Below are positions 8,692 through 17,795 of a stretch of 32,000 nt of DNA, piece by piece. The position numbers were made by a program, and so were the translations under genes. This DNA is from Nitrosomonas europaea. GTDB lineage: Bacteria > Pseudomonadota > Gammaproteobacteria > Burkholderiales > Nitrosomonadaceae. The first letter of the stretch is position 1; every line of letters begins with the position of its first letter. Under the pieces are notes generated by a model. It searched no databases. It saw only the letters and a program-made list of their open reading frames with translations, and was not told the DNA's origin. The stretch is from positions 1 to 32,000 of the forward strand of contig NZ_FUWK01000007.1 in NCBI RefSeq assembly GCF_900167395.1, written 5' to 3'.

Positions 8692-10488
8692 TTGATACAG
8701 CATATTCGTAATTTTTCCATCATCGCGCATATCGATCATGGCAAATCCACACTTGCCGATCGCATCATCCAGTTTTGTGGTGGTCTTTCCGACCGGGAAA
8801 TGGAGGATCAGGTACTTGATTCGATGGATTTGGAGCGTGAGCGCGGTATTACGATAAAGGCACAAACTGCAGCGTTACACTATCAGGCCAAGGACGGTAA
8901 AAATTATCTGCTGAATCTAATTGATACCCCGGGCCACGTTGACTTTTCTTATGAAGTATCCCGCTCACTCTCTGCTTGTGAAGGCGCTTTGCTGGTTGTT
9001 GATGCCTCTCAGGGTGTTGAAGCGCAGACGGTGGCAAACTGTTATACCGCGATTGAGCAAGGTGTCGAGGTGATCCCGGTGCTCAACAAGATCGACTTAC
9101 CTGCCGCGGATCCTGACAGGGTGATAGCCGAAGTGGAAGATATCATCGGAATTGAAGCCAAAGGTGCTTTGCGTATCAGTGCAAAGACCGGTGAGGGAGT
9201 GGATCAGGTCCTGGAAATGATTGTGGCGCAGATTCCGCCGCCTGAGGGAGATGTCGATGCACCACTCAAGGCGCTGATCATAGATTCCTGGTTTGACAGC
9301 TATGTGGGTGTCGTGATGCTGGTTCGAGTCGTGGATGGTGTACTGAGACCGGGCAACAAGATTTTGTTGATGTCCAGCAAAGCAAATTATTTATGTGAAG
9401 AAGTGGGCGTTTTCCAACCGAAAGCGGTAAGCCATAAATCTCTGAGTGCTGGCGAGGTGGGTTTTATCATTTCAGGAATCAAGGATTTGAAATCTGCCAA
9501 AGTGGGAGATACGGTGACACTTGCTGATCGCCCCGCCGGTGAGCCCCTGGCCGGGTTCAAGGAAATCAAGCCGCAGGTTTTTGCCGGGTTATACCCGGTC
9601 GAATCCAATCAATATGATGCATTGCGTGCGGCACTGGAAAAACTGCAGTTGAACGATGCTTCTCTGCATTTTGAGCCGGAAACTTCCCAGGCACTGGGTT
9701 TCGGGTTTCGTTGTGGGTTTCTGGGGTTACTGCACCTGGATATTGTGCAGGAACGGCTGGAGCGGGAATATGACATGGATCTCATTACCACTGCGCCCAC
9801 GGTGGTTTATCAGGTTGTTCTGCGTGATGGCAAAATCACGGAAATCGAGAATCCATCCAGACTGCCCGACCTGTCCAGCATAGAAGAGATCAGGGAACCG
9901 ATTATTACTGCGACGATTCTGGTTCCAGAAGAATACGTTGGCACAGTGATGACATTATGTACCGGCAAACGTGGTATCCAGAAAAACATGCAATACATGG
10001 GCAGGCAGGTAATGCTGGTCTATGAAATGCCTTTGAACGAGGTAGTTATGGATTTCTTTGACAGATTGAAATCTGTAAGCCGCGGTTATGCTTCACTTGA
10101 TTATGAATTCAAGGAATTCAGAGCGGCTGATCTGGTTAAGCTCGACATATTGATCAATAGCGACCGGGTGGATGCTTTGTCTCTGATTGTGCATCGTGCC
10201 AGCAGCCAGCACCGCGGGCGGGAATTGGCACAGAAAATGCGTGAACTCATCCCGCGACAAATGTTTGACATTGCGGTACAGGCGGCAATAGGTGCTCACA
10301 TTGTGGCGCGTGAGAATGTCAAGGCATTGCGCAAGAATGTATTGGCGAAGTGCTACGGTGGAGACATTACACGTAAACGCAAGCTGCTGGAAAAGCAGAA
10401 AGCGGGGAAAAAGCGTATGAAACGAGTCGGTAATGTTGAAATTCCCCAGGCAGCGTTTCTTGCCATCCTGCAGGTGGATGGCAAGTAA
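8692..10488 (+). CDS. lepA: Elongation factor 4 (translational GTPase LepA)
   Basis: [15 protein letters not shown] (G1), DTPGHVDF (G3), NKID (G4) and a LepA C-terminal domain. There is no in-frame ATG near the N-terminus, so the apparent start is TTG 8692. Confidence 0.97.
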   Translation: MIQHIRNFSIIAHIDHGKSTLADRIIQFCGGLSDREMEDQVLDSMDLERERGITIKAQTAALHYQAKDGKNYLLNLIDTPGHVDFSYEVSRSLSACEGALLVVDASQGVEAQTVANCYTAIEQGVEVIPVLNKIDLPAADPDRVIAEVEDIIGIEAKGALRISAKTGEGVDQVLEMIVAQIPPPEGDVDAPLKALIIDSWFDSYVGVVMLVRVVDGVLRPGNKILLMSSKANYLCEEVGVFQPKAVSHKSLSAGEVGFIISGIKDLKSAKVGDTVTLADRPAGEPLAGFKEIKPQVFAGLYPVESNQYDALRAALEKLQLNDASLHFEPETSQALGFGFRCGFLGLLHLDIVQERLEREYDMDLITTAPTVVYQVVLRDGKITEIENPSRLPDLSSIEEIREPIITATILVPEEYVGTVMTLCTGKRGIQKNMQYMGRQVMLVYEMPLNEVVMDFFDRLKSVSRGYASLDYEFKEFRAADLVKLDILINSDRVDALSLIVHRASSQHRGRELAQKMRELIPRQMFDIAVQAAIGAHIVARENVKALRKNVLAKCYGGDITRKRKLLEKQKAGKKRMKRVGNVEIPQAAFLAILQVDGK

Positions 10489-10556
10489 CAAGTAAAAGTG
10501 CCGGCAAACGGGATGAGTAAGGTGTTGATCGGTATATTTCTAGGTCATGGGGTATT

Positions 10557-11360
10557 ATGAACTTTCCTTTGGTGTTGCTTATTTTATTAGTAGTAACGGG
10601 CGGGATCTGGCTGCTTGATTATTTTGTGCTGAGGCACAAACGTGTTTCCGGAAATACCGAAGAGCCATGGTGGGTCGAATATCCTAAAAGCTTTTTTCCG
10701 ATCATCCTGATTGTATTCAGCCTGAGATCGTTTCTGGTAGAACCTTTCAAAATTCCTTCCGGTTCGATGATTCCAACTTTGCTGATCGGGGATTTTATAC
10801 TGGTCAATAAATACACCTACGGGATCAGACTGCCGGTAGCAAACCTGAAAATCATTGATATGAATGAACCCCAGCGTGGCGAGGTCATGGTATTTCGTTT
10901 TCCCGAGGATCCCTCTATCGACTACATCAAGCGAGTGATCGGTGTGCCCGGAGATATGGTTACCTACCGGAATAAACAGTTGAGTATCAATGATGTTCCC
11001 GTTCAGCTGGAGCAGGGGGGGGACTATAAATATATCGATGGTCCGGCATACATTTATACTCAACGGTTCAAAGAGAATATGGATGGCAGCGAACATGACA
11101 TCCTGATCAATGAAGATATGCCGGATATTCAGCTATCTGCTATTCACCACTTCCCTAATCGGGAGAATTGCACCTTTGACCGGACAGGTTTTTCCTGCAA
11201 GGTCCCCGAAGGGAATTATTTTACTCTGGGCGATAATCGTGATGGCAGCAGTGACAGCCGTTACTGGGGGTTCGTGCCGGAAAATCATATCGTCGGGAAA
11301 GCCTTTCTGATCTGGTGGAATTTTAATGATCTGAGCAGAATAGGCACGTTGATCAAATAA
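10557..11360 (+). CDS. lepB: Signal peptidase I
   Basis: N-terminal TM segment, catalytic Ser box PSGSMIPTL, Lys box KRVIGVPGD, and GDNRDGSSDSRYWG. Confidence 0.95.
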   Translation: MNFPLVLLILLVVTGGIWLLDYFVLRHKRVSGNTEEPWWVEYPKSFFPIILIVFSLRSFLVEPFKIPSGSMIPTLLIGDFILVNKYTYGIRLPVANLKIIDMNEPQRGEVMVFRFPEDPSIDYIKRVIGVPGDMVTYRNKQLSINDVPVQLEQGGDYKYIDGPAYIYTQRFKENMDGSEHDILINEDMPDIQLSAIHHFPNRENCTFDRTGFSCKVPEGNYFTLGDNRDGSSDSRYWGFVPENHIVGKAFLIWWNFNDLSRIGTLIK

Positions 11361-11394
11361 TGATTTGAATCTTCAGTATGTCGCGGAGGTATCT

Positions 11395-11775
11395 ATGAAT
11401 CCGATTTATTCCTCGATGAACAGAAGGCAGCAGGGAGTGAGTTTGCCGGGTCTGCTGACATGGTCGGTAATCATTATCCTGGTGGCGATCCTGGGGATGA
11501 GACTTGTTCCTGTTTACATCGAGTTTGCTGCAATCAAGCGGGCACTGGTGGCAATTGCCAGTGATTCCGAGTTGCATAATGCCGGTGTCCATGAAATTCG
11601 CCAGGCGTTTAACAAGCGCGCTGCCGTGGATGCCATAAAATCCGTAAACGGAAATGATATCGTCATTAGAAAGCAGGATGGGCAACTCGTGCTGGATATC
11701 AACTACACAGTTACGAAACCTCTGTTTGCAAACCTTTCTTTACTGATCGACTTCGATGCGGCCAGTGATCGATGA
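11395..11775 (+). CDS. DUF4845-like small membrane protein
   Basis: ATG 11395 is preceded by a GGAGG RBS (11385-11389), whereas the ORF track begins at TTG 11365. It has one TM helper segment (LLTWSVIIILVAILGMRLVPVYI). The lepB-to-rnc position is typical for this family in betaproteobacteria. An ATGA overlap joins it to rnc. Confidence 0.7.
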   Translation: MNPIYSSMNRRQQGVSLPGLLTWSVIIILVAILGMRLVPVYIEFAAIKRALVAIASDSELHNAGVHEIRQAFNKRAAVDAIKSVNGNDIVIRKQDGQLVLDINYTVTKPLFANLSLLIDFDAASDR

Positions 11776-12509
11776 CCAGTTCCCGGCCTATTGCACACAA
11801 TACGAAAAACAAGCAGACAAAAACGCTGAAAGGGCGAGATTACGCAGTTTTTTTGCAGAAACTGGGTTATACCTTCAAACAGCCCGATTTACTCCGGGAA
11901 GCACTTACTCATCGCAGTCTCGGTTTTCCGAACAATGAACGTTTTGAATTTCTCGGTGACAGTGTGCTGAACTGTGCAGTATCAACATTGCTGTTCAAAC
12001 GTTTTCCATCATTGCCGGAAGGAGACCTGACCCGATTACGTGCCAATTTCGTCAATCAGCAGGCATTGCATCGACTGGCATCCGCCCTGGGTATCGGAGA
12101 GCTGATTTTACTCGGCGAGGGTGAGCGTAAAAGTGGTGGGCATCATCGACCTTCGATTCTGGCAAATGCAGTGGAAGCCATCATTGGCGCGATTTATCTC
12201 GAAAGCGGGTTTGCAGTGGTGGAGCAGGTCATTGTTGCATTGTATGAACCCCTGATCAGGCAGTTGGATCCGGATACTTCCGGCAAGGATTCCAAAACCC
12301 TGCTGCAGGAATATCTGCAGAGTCGTAAAATCGCTCTGCCTGAGTACAGCGTGCTGTTGGCACAGGGTGATCCACACGCACAGGTTTTTCATGTGGAATG
12401 TGTCATTCCCGGATTCGGCATTCGCACGAGAGGTGAGGGAACCAGCCGCCGCCGGGCCGAACAGGAAGCTGCACGCCAAGCCTACGAACTTGCCATCGTA
12501 AGGCATTGA
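11772..12509 (+). CDS. rnc: Ribonuclease III
   Basis: RNase III signature ERFEFLGDSVL and a C-terminal dsRNA-binding domain (KTLLQEYLQ..., RRRAEQEAARQA). Confidence 0.95.
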   Translation: MTSSRPIAHNTKNKQTKTLKGRDYAVFLQKLGYTFKQPDLLREALTHRSLGFPNNERFEFLGDSVLNCAVSTLLFKRFPSLPEGDLTRLRANFVNQQALHRLASALGIGELILLGEGERKSGGHHRPSILANAVEAIIGAIYLESGFAVVEQVIVALYEPLIRQLDPDTSGKDSKTLLQEYLQSRKIALPEYSVLLAQGDPHAQVFHVECVIPGFGIRTRGEGTSRRRAEQEAARQAYELAIVRH

Positions 12510-12594
12510 GTCGACATCACTCCATAAGCAACAAGCTATATTTTCTCGATCAATCTCAGTTTTTACCTGAATTTACCTGAAAAAGACATTGGCC

Positions 12595-13485
12595 ATGAAC
12601 GCACCCGGTTACAAAACTGGTTATATATCCATCGTGGGACGGCCCAATGTCGGTAAATCAACACTGTTGAATCATCTGATCAAACAGAAGATCAGTATTA
12701 CTTCCAGAAAAGCGCAAACTACTCGCCATCGCATTCACGGGATATTGACCGATGCACAGTCGCAGTTTATTTTTGTGGACACGCCCGGTTTCCAGACGCG
12801 CCATCGCAGCCAGCTCAATCAGGTAATGAATCGGGTCGTTCTGCAAAGCATGCAGGATGTGGATGTCGTTGTATTCGTGGTTGAAGCAGGTCGATTTGGC
12901 CGGGAGGACGAACAGGTTCTGGAACAACTGCCGCGGAATCTGCCCGTGGTCCTGGTGATCAACAAAATTGATTTGCTGCCGGATAAATTGCAGTTGCTTC
13001 CGTTCATGCAGAAAATGGCAGATGTGTTCGAGTTTTCTGCTATCGTTCCGGTCAGTGCTTTGCAGAACAGACAGTTATCTGCCCTGATCGAAGCAATTCG
13101 TCAGCATTTGCCGGGAAATCCCTTTTTATTTGCCGAAGATGAGATCACCGATCGCAGTGAGCGGTTTCTGGCAGCAGAACTGCTGCGTGAAAAAGTGTTC
13201 AGGCAGATCGGAGAAGAAGTACCTTATTCGGTCAGCGTGGTGATAGAGCAGTTTACCGTGGAGGGTAATTTGCGACGCATCCATGCCTGTATCCTGGTGG
13301 AAAGGGAAAACCAGAAGGCTATCATCATTGGCAAGCAGGGGAAGAAACTGAAGGATATGGCTACACAGGCGCGCAAGGATATGGAAATGCTGTTCGGCAG
13401 CAAAGTCTATCTGGAAGTATGGGTCAAAGTGAAATCCGGCTGGGCGGATGATATCACTGCACTAAAGAGCCTGGGTTATGAGTAA
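12595..13485 (+). CDS. era: GTPase Era
   Basis: GRPNVGKST (G1), DTPG (G3), NKID (G4) and a C-terminal KH domain. ATG 12595 is preferred over the track's TTG 12589. Confidence 0.96.
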
Positions 13486-13539
13486 AAGGGAAAGTTTTAG
13501 AAATCACTCATTGGAAACAAGCGGGAAAACTGAATAATC

Positions 13540-14265
13540 ATGATAGCTCTGGGTGTCAATATCGACCATGTGGCAACAGTGCGCCAGGCACGCGGCACGA
13601 CTTATCCCAGCCCGGTCGAAGCCGCACTGGTTGCCGAGGTGGCTGGTGCAGATGCGATTACGCTGCATTTGCGCGAAGATCGTCGTCATATACAGGAAAA
13701 TGATGTCGTAATTCTGCGTGATCGGCTTAAAACCAGAATGAATCTGGAAAGTGCCGTAACAGAAGAAATGATTGCTTTTGCCTGCCGGATCAAACCGCAC
13801 GATATCTGCCTGGTGCCAGAGCGACGTGAAGAACTGACGACGGAAGGCGGGCTGGATGTCATTCGCCATTTCCAGCAGGTGAGTGTGGCGTGCAAGCGCC
13901 TGGCAGAAGCGGGAATCCGCGTTTCACTGTTCGTCGATGCGCAGGCCGGTCAAATCGATGCCGCAGTCGAGGCAGGTGCTCCCGTAATTGAACTGCATAC
14001 CGGCCGTTATGCGGATGCTGCAACACCCGAAATGCAGCAGGTCGAGCTGGAAACAATTCGTACCATGGCAGCCTATGCTTTTGGCCGGGGATTGCAGGTC
14101 AACGCCGGGCATGGGCTGCATTACGAAAATACCGTACAGATCGCCGCCATACCGGAGCTGTCCGAGTTGAATATCGGCCATGCCATCGTTGCCCGGGCAT
14201 TGTTCGTCGGTTTTGCTGAAGCGGTTCGCGAAATGAAAGCCCTGCTCCAGCAGGCGCGTGCATGA
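13540..14265 (+). CDS. pdxJ: Pyridoxine 5'-phosphate synthase
   Basis: N-terminal [16 protein letters not shown], plus HLREDRRHI and NAGHGL motifs. Full length is about 241 aa. Confidence 0.96.
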
Positions 14266-14639
14266 TATACGGCATCGGGACCGACCTGGTCGATCCTGCC
14301 CGGATTGCCAGCTCGCTGGAGCGTTACGGTGAACAATTTGCCAGACGTGTGCTGGCAGATTCTGAATGGCCAGATTACCTGGAGCACATCAAACCTGCAC
14401 TGTTCCTGGCAAAGCGCTTCGCCGCCAAGGAAGCATTCTCCAAAGCAACGGGCACAGGCTTGCGTGCTCCGGTCATGTTCGGAAATATGGCTGTTCAGCA
14501 TGATTCGCAGGGAAAGCCCTATTTTGAGTTTCAGCAGGAGCTGGCTGAATGGATAGGACAGCGTGGTATCACTCGCCATCATCTTTCCATCAGTGATGAG
14601 CTGACCATGGTAAGCGCCTTTGTCGTACTGGAAAAATAG
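14262..14639 (+). CDS. acpS: Holo-[acyl-carrier-protein] synthase
   Basis: GIGTDLV motif and [10 protein letters not shown], 125 aa. An ATGA overlap joins it to pdxJ. Confidence 0.93.
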
Positions 14640-14641
14640 AG

Positions 14642-15688
14642 ATGTCCCTCGGCCCGCTGATGCTCGATATAGCGGGCACAGAACTGACTGAAACGGATCG
14701 TGTCCGACTAAGTCATCCCTTGGTGGGAGGCGTTATCCTGTTTGCACGGAACTACGCATCTCCGGCCCAGCTGGCCGGACTGACAGCGGAGATTCATGCG
14801 CTGCGATACCCGTCTCTGCTCATTGCAGTCGATCAGGAAGGCGGCAGGGTGCAGCGTTTTCGGGATGGTTTCGCTCGTTTGCCCCCAATGCGTGTGCTGG
14901 GAGAAATCTGCGACAGGAACCCGGATCGGGCGCATCACCTGGCGAGCCAGGCTGGTTATGTGCTGGCTGCAGAGCTCAAAGCCTGTGGTGTCGATCTGAG
15001 CTTTACACCCGTGCTCGATCTCGATTACGGACAGAGCTGCGTAATCGGTGATCGTGCTTTTCACCGAGAGCCGCAGGTCGTTGCCGATCTGGCTTGCGCC
15101 CTGATGAATGGTTTGCAATCAGCGGGAATGGCAGCAGTTGGTAAACATTTTCCCGGTCACGGTGCGATTCGAGCGGATACTCATGTTGAAACCGCCATTG
15201 ATACACGCAGCTACACCGATATTGAGAAGGAAGATCTGATTCCTTTCCGCCGGATGATCGACGCGGGACTTTCCGGCATCATGGCAGCGCATGTCATTTA
15301 TCCGGCCATCGACCAACATTCGGCAGGTTTTTCCAGCAGATGGCTGCAGCGCATTCTGCGGCACGATCTGGGTTTCGAAGGCTGTATTTTCAGTGATGAC
15401 CTGGGTATGCAGGCCGCCAGGAATTATGGCAGCATCACTCGTCGGGCAGAGCAGGCTCTGCAGGCGGGCTGTGATATGGTGCTGGTATGCAATGATGCCG
15501 ATGCGGCAGATGAACTGCTGGGATCTCTGCACTGGGAATTCTCTGCTGCCAGTCTGGCCAGAGTGGAATGCATGCGCGGACAACACATGATTCATTCTAT
15601 GGCGCAGTTGCATGAAATGGAACGATTCCTCCAGGCAGCAGACGAGATCAGTAAAATCGATCCGGCCGGTATCAGCGTGTCTTTGTAA
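14642..15688 (+). CDS. nagZ: Beta-N-acetylhexosaminidase (GH3, peptidoglycan recycling)
   Basis: GH3 motifs [18 protein letters not shown] and FSDDLGM. Confidence 0.92.
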
Positions 15689-15729
15689 GTGTTTAATTTT
15701 ACAACAAGTTATTTTTACCCTTAATTGAT

Positions 15730-17202
15730 ATGGATAATTTATTCGATGTGGCAGTCATCGGTGCAGGCCCTGGTGGCTATGTGGCGGCTATCCGCTGTGC
15801 GCAGCTCGGGCTCAACACCGTATGTATCGATGACTGGAAAAATGAGCAGGGCAAACCCAGTCTGGGTGGCACCTGTCTGAATGTCGGCTGTATTCCCTCC
15901 AAGGCATTGCTCGAATCTTCCGAGAATTTCGAACGGGCCGGACATAAATTTGCCGAACACGGCATCAAGGTGGATGGACTATCGATAGATGTCCCGGCCA
16001 TGATCGCTCGCAAGAACAAGATCGTCAAAGCTTTTACCGGCGGCATTGGCATGCTGTTCAAGAAAAATAAAGTGACTGCCCTGCATGGTCGCGGAACGTT
16101 GCAAAAGCATGATCAGGCACGTGATGGCGGTGATGACAGCTGGGAAATCCAGGTGAGTGCCGATGGAAAAGAGCAGTCGGTACATGCCAGGCATGTCATC
16201 ATCGCGACAGGTTCTACGCCCCGTACTCTGAAAGTGGCACCGGTCGACGGGAACAACGTGCTCGACAATGCGGGCGCCCTGGCTTTGCAACAGACTCCCG
16301 GGAAACTCGCCATCATCGGCGCGGGGGTGATCGGCCTGGAATTGGGAAGCGTCTGGCGCAGGCTGGGTGCGGAAGTGACCCTGCTGGAAGCCCAGGCTGA
16401 TTTTCTGCCGGCAGCGGATGAACAGGTGGCCAAAGAGGCCTATAAAGCGCTGACACGCGAGACAGGACTCACCATTCATACCGGAGTCGAGATCAAATCG
16501 ACCCGAGCAAGTGAAAACGGTGTGGAGATCGACTACGTCGATCGTGACAAGAATGCACAGAACCTGAAGGTGGACAAACTCATCGTAGCCGTGGGACGAG
16601 TTCCTAACACTTCCGGTCTGGGGGCTGAAGCAGCGGGATTGAAGCTCGATGAGCGCGGATATATCAGCGTGGATGAATTCTGCCAGACCAGTCTGCAAAA
16701 TGTATATGCAATTGGAGATGTCGTAAGAGGGCCGATGCTGGCACACAAGGCTTCCGAGGAAGGTGTTGCCGTTGCCGAACGGATAGCATCAGGCCGGCAG
16801 GGAGCAACTGATTCATCTGGCCATGTGGATCTTGGAATGATGCCATGGGTGATCTATACCGCGCCGGAGATTGCCTGGGTAGGTAAAACCGAACAAACGC
16901 TGAAAGCAGAAGGGGTTGCCTACAAAGCGGGGCAGTTCCCGTTCATGGCCAATGGGCGTGCCCGTGCATTGGGAGAAACGACCGGGTTCGTCAAAATTCT
17001 GGCGGATGCGGAAAGTGATCGTATCCTGGGTGTACACATGGTGGGTCCTTATGTTTCCGAGATGATTGCAGAAGCCGTAGTTGCCATGGAATTTTCCGCC
17101 AGCAGTGAAGATCTGGCGCGTATCGTACACGCCCATCCCTCACTTTCCGAATCACTGCATGAAGCTGCATTGGGCGTGGATAAGCGGGCCATTCATATCT
17201 GA
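15730..17202 (+). CDS. lpdA: Dihydrolipoyl dehydrogenase (E3)
   Basis: FAD-binding GAGPGGY, redox disulfide [13 protein letters not shown], a second dinucleotide fold [10 protein letters not shown], and C-terminal HAHPSLSE. There are no adjacent E1/E2 genes. Confidence 0.93.
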   Translation: MDNLFDVAVIGAGPGGYVAAIRCAQLGLNTVCIDDWKNEQGKPSLGGTCLNVGCIPSKALLESSENFERAGHKFAEHGIKVDGLSIDVPAMIARKNKIVKAFTGGIGMLFKKNKVTALHGRGTLQKHDQARDGGDDSWEIQVSADGKEQSVHARHVIIATGSTPRTLKVAPVDGNNVLDNAGALALQQTPGKLAIIGAGVIGLELGSVWRRLGAEVTLLEAQADFLPAADEQVAKEAYKALTRETGLTIHTGVEIKSTRASENGVEIDYVDRDKNAQNLKVDKLIVAVGRVPNTSGLGAEAAGLKLDERGYISVDEFCQTSLQNVYAIGDVVRGPMLAHKASEEGVAVAERIASGRQGATDSSGHVDLGMMPWVIYTAPEIAWVGKTEQTLKAEGVAYKAGQFPFMANGRARALGETTGFVKILADAESDRILGVHMVGPYVSEMIAEAVVAMEFSASSEDLARIVHAHPSLSESLHEAALGVDKRAIHI

Positions 17203-17245
17203 TTCTTGTAAGATTTCGGCCTGGATCGTTCGGGAGGAAAACTGT

Positions 17246-17656
17246 ATGAAACTGCTGTTTTTCTGTTTGTTGCTGGTTTCAATGTCTGTACCAGCGGTAG
17301 CGGGTAATGAAAAACAGATTTTCGAGCTGGAGGCGGCCATCATGCAGCAGCAACAGGAACAGCAGATCCTGTTTCAGCGGTTTCAAATGCTGCAGGAACT
17401 GCGACGCCACGAAATCACGCAGATTGAGCAGGCACTGCCGACCGGCAGTGACGTCATTATCAATGGCGAAGCACCGAAGTATGAAGACGTAGCCAGACAA
17501 CGCAAGGAACGTGCTGAAAGGGTCCATCGCTATACGGATGAGCTGGATGAACTCTACATGCGCTATCAGGAAACGGAAAATGAAAGACGGGCGCTGATCG
17601 AACAGTTGAACGGACTGAAACCGGGCCAGGATGTTTCAGCAGAGCCGAAAAAATGA
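17246..17656 (+). CDS. Hypothetical secreted Gln/Glu-rich coiled-coil protein
   Basis: ATG 17246 has a GGGAGGA RBS (17232-17238). The signal peptide MKLLFFCLLLVSMSVPAVA/G is followed by heptad-like QQQQEQQ.../ERAERVHRYTDELDELYMRYQETENERRAL. The part of the track ORF upstream of 17246 overlaps lpdA and is discarded. Confidence 0.6.
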   Translation: MKLLFFCLLLVSMSVPAVAGNEKQIFELEAAIMQQQQEQQILFQRFQMLQELRRHEITQIEQALPTGSDVIINGEAPKYEDVARQRKERAERVHRYTDELDELYMRYQETENERRALIEQLNGLKPGQDVSAEPKK

Positions 17657-17795
17657 TCGGATAGACTGGTACCTATTTCCCCCGTTCCCTGCTGACATAG
17701 GTGAAGAAGTGATTGCTGAAGCGGAACGGGTATCGTCTGATCTTCTTCACAACCCGCGTTTATGCAGATCCGGTTCCTGAAAAACGGATCCTGAT

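Noticed and set aside
15979-16746. A 255-aa ORF on the minus strand, grouped with minus-strand ORFs at 20493-21137, 21973-22623, 24538-25068 and 10587-11096
   Set aside because: Each is antisense to a well-supported gene (lpdA, pilM, pilO, pilQ and lepB respectively) and has no motifs. All are treated as shadow ORFs.
15730-17202. A possible unusual insertion in LpdA (490 aa, segment [23 protein letters not shown])
   Set aside because: I cannot establish an insertion without an alignment to reference E3 proteins. All catalytic motifs are intact, so I treat the gene as ordinary.
17081-17245. Upstream extension of the coiled-coil ORF (track start at 17081)
   Set aside because: The extension overlaps the 3' end of lpdA in another frame. 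ATG 17246 has a good RBS and starts a canonical signal peptide.
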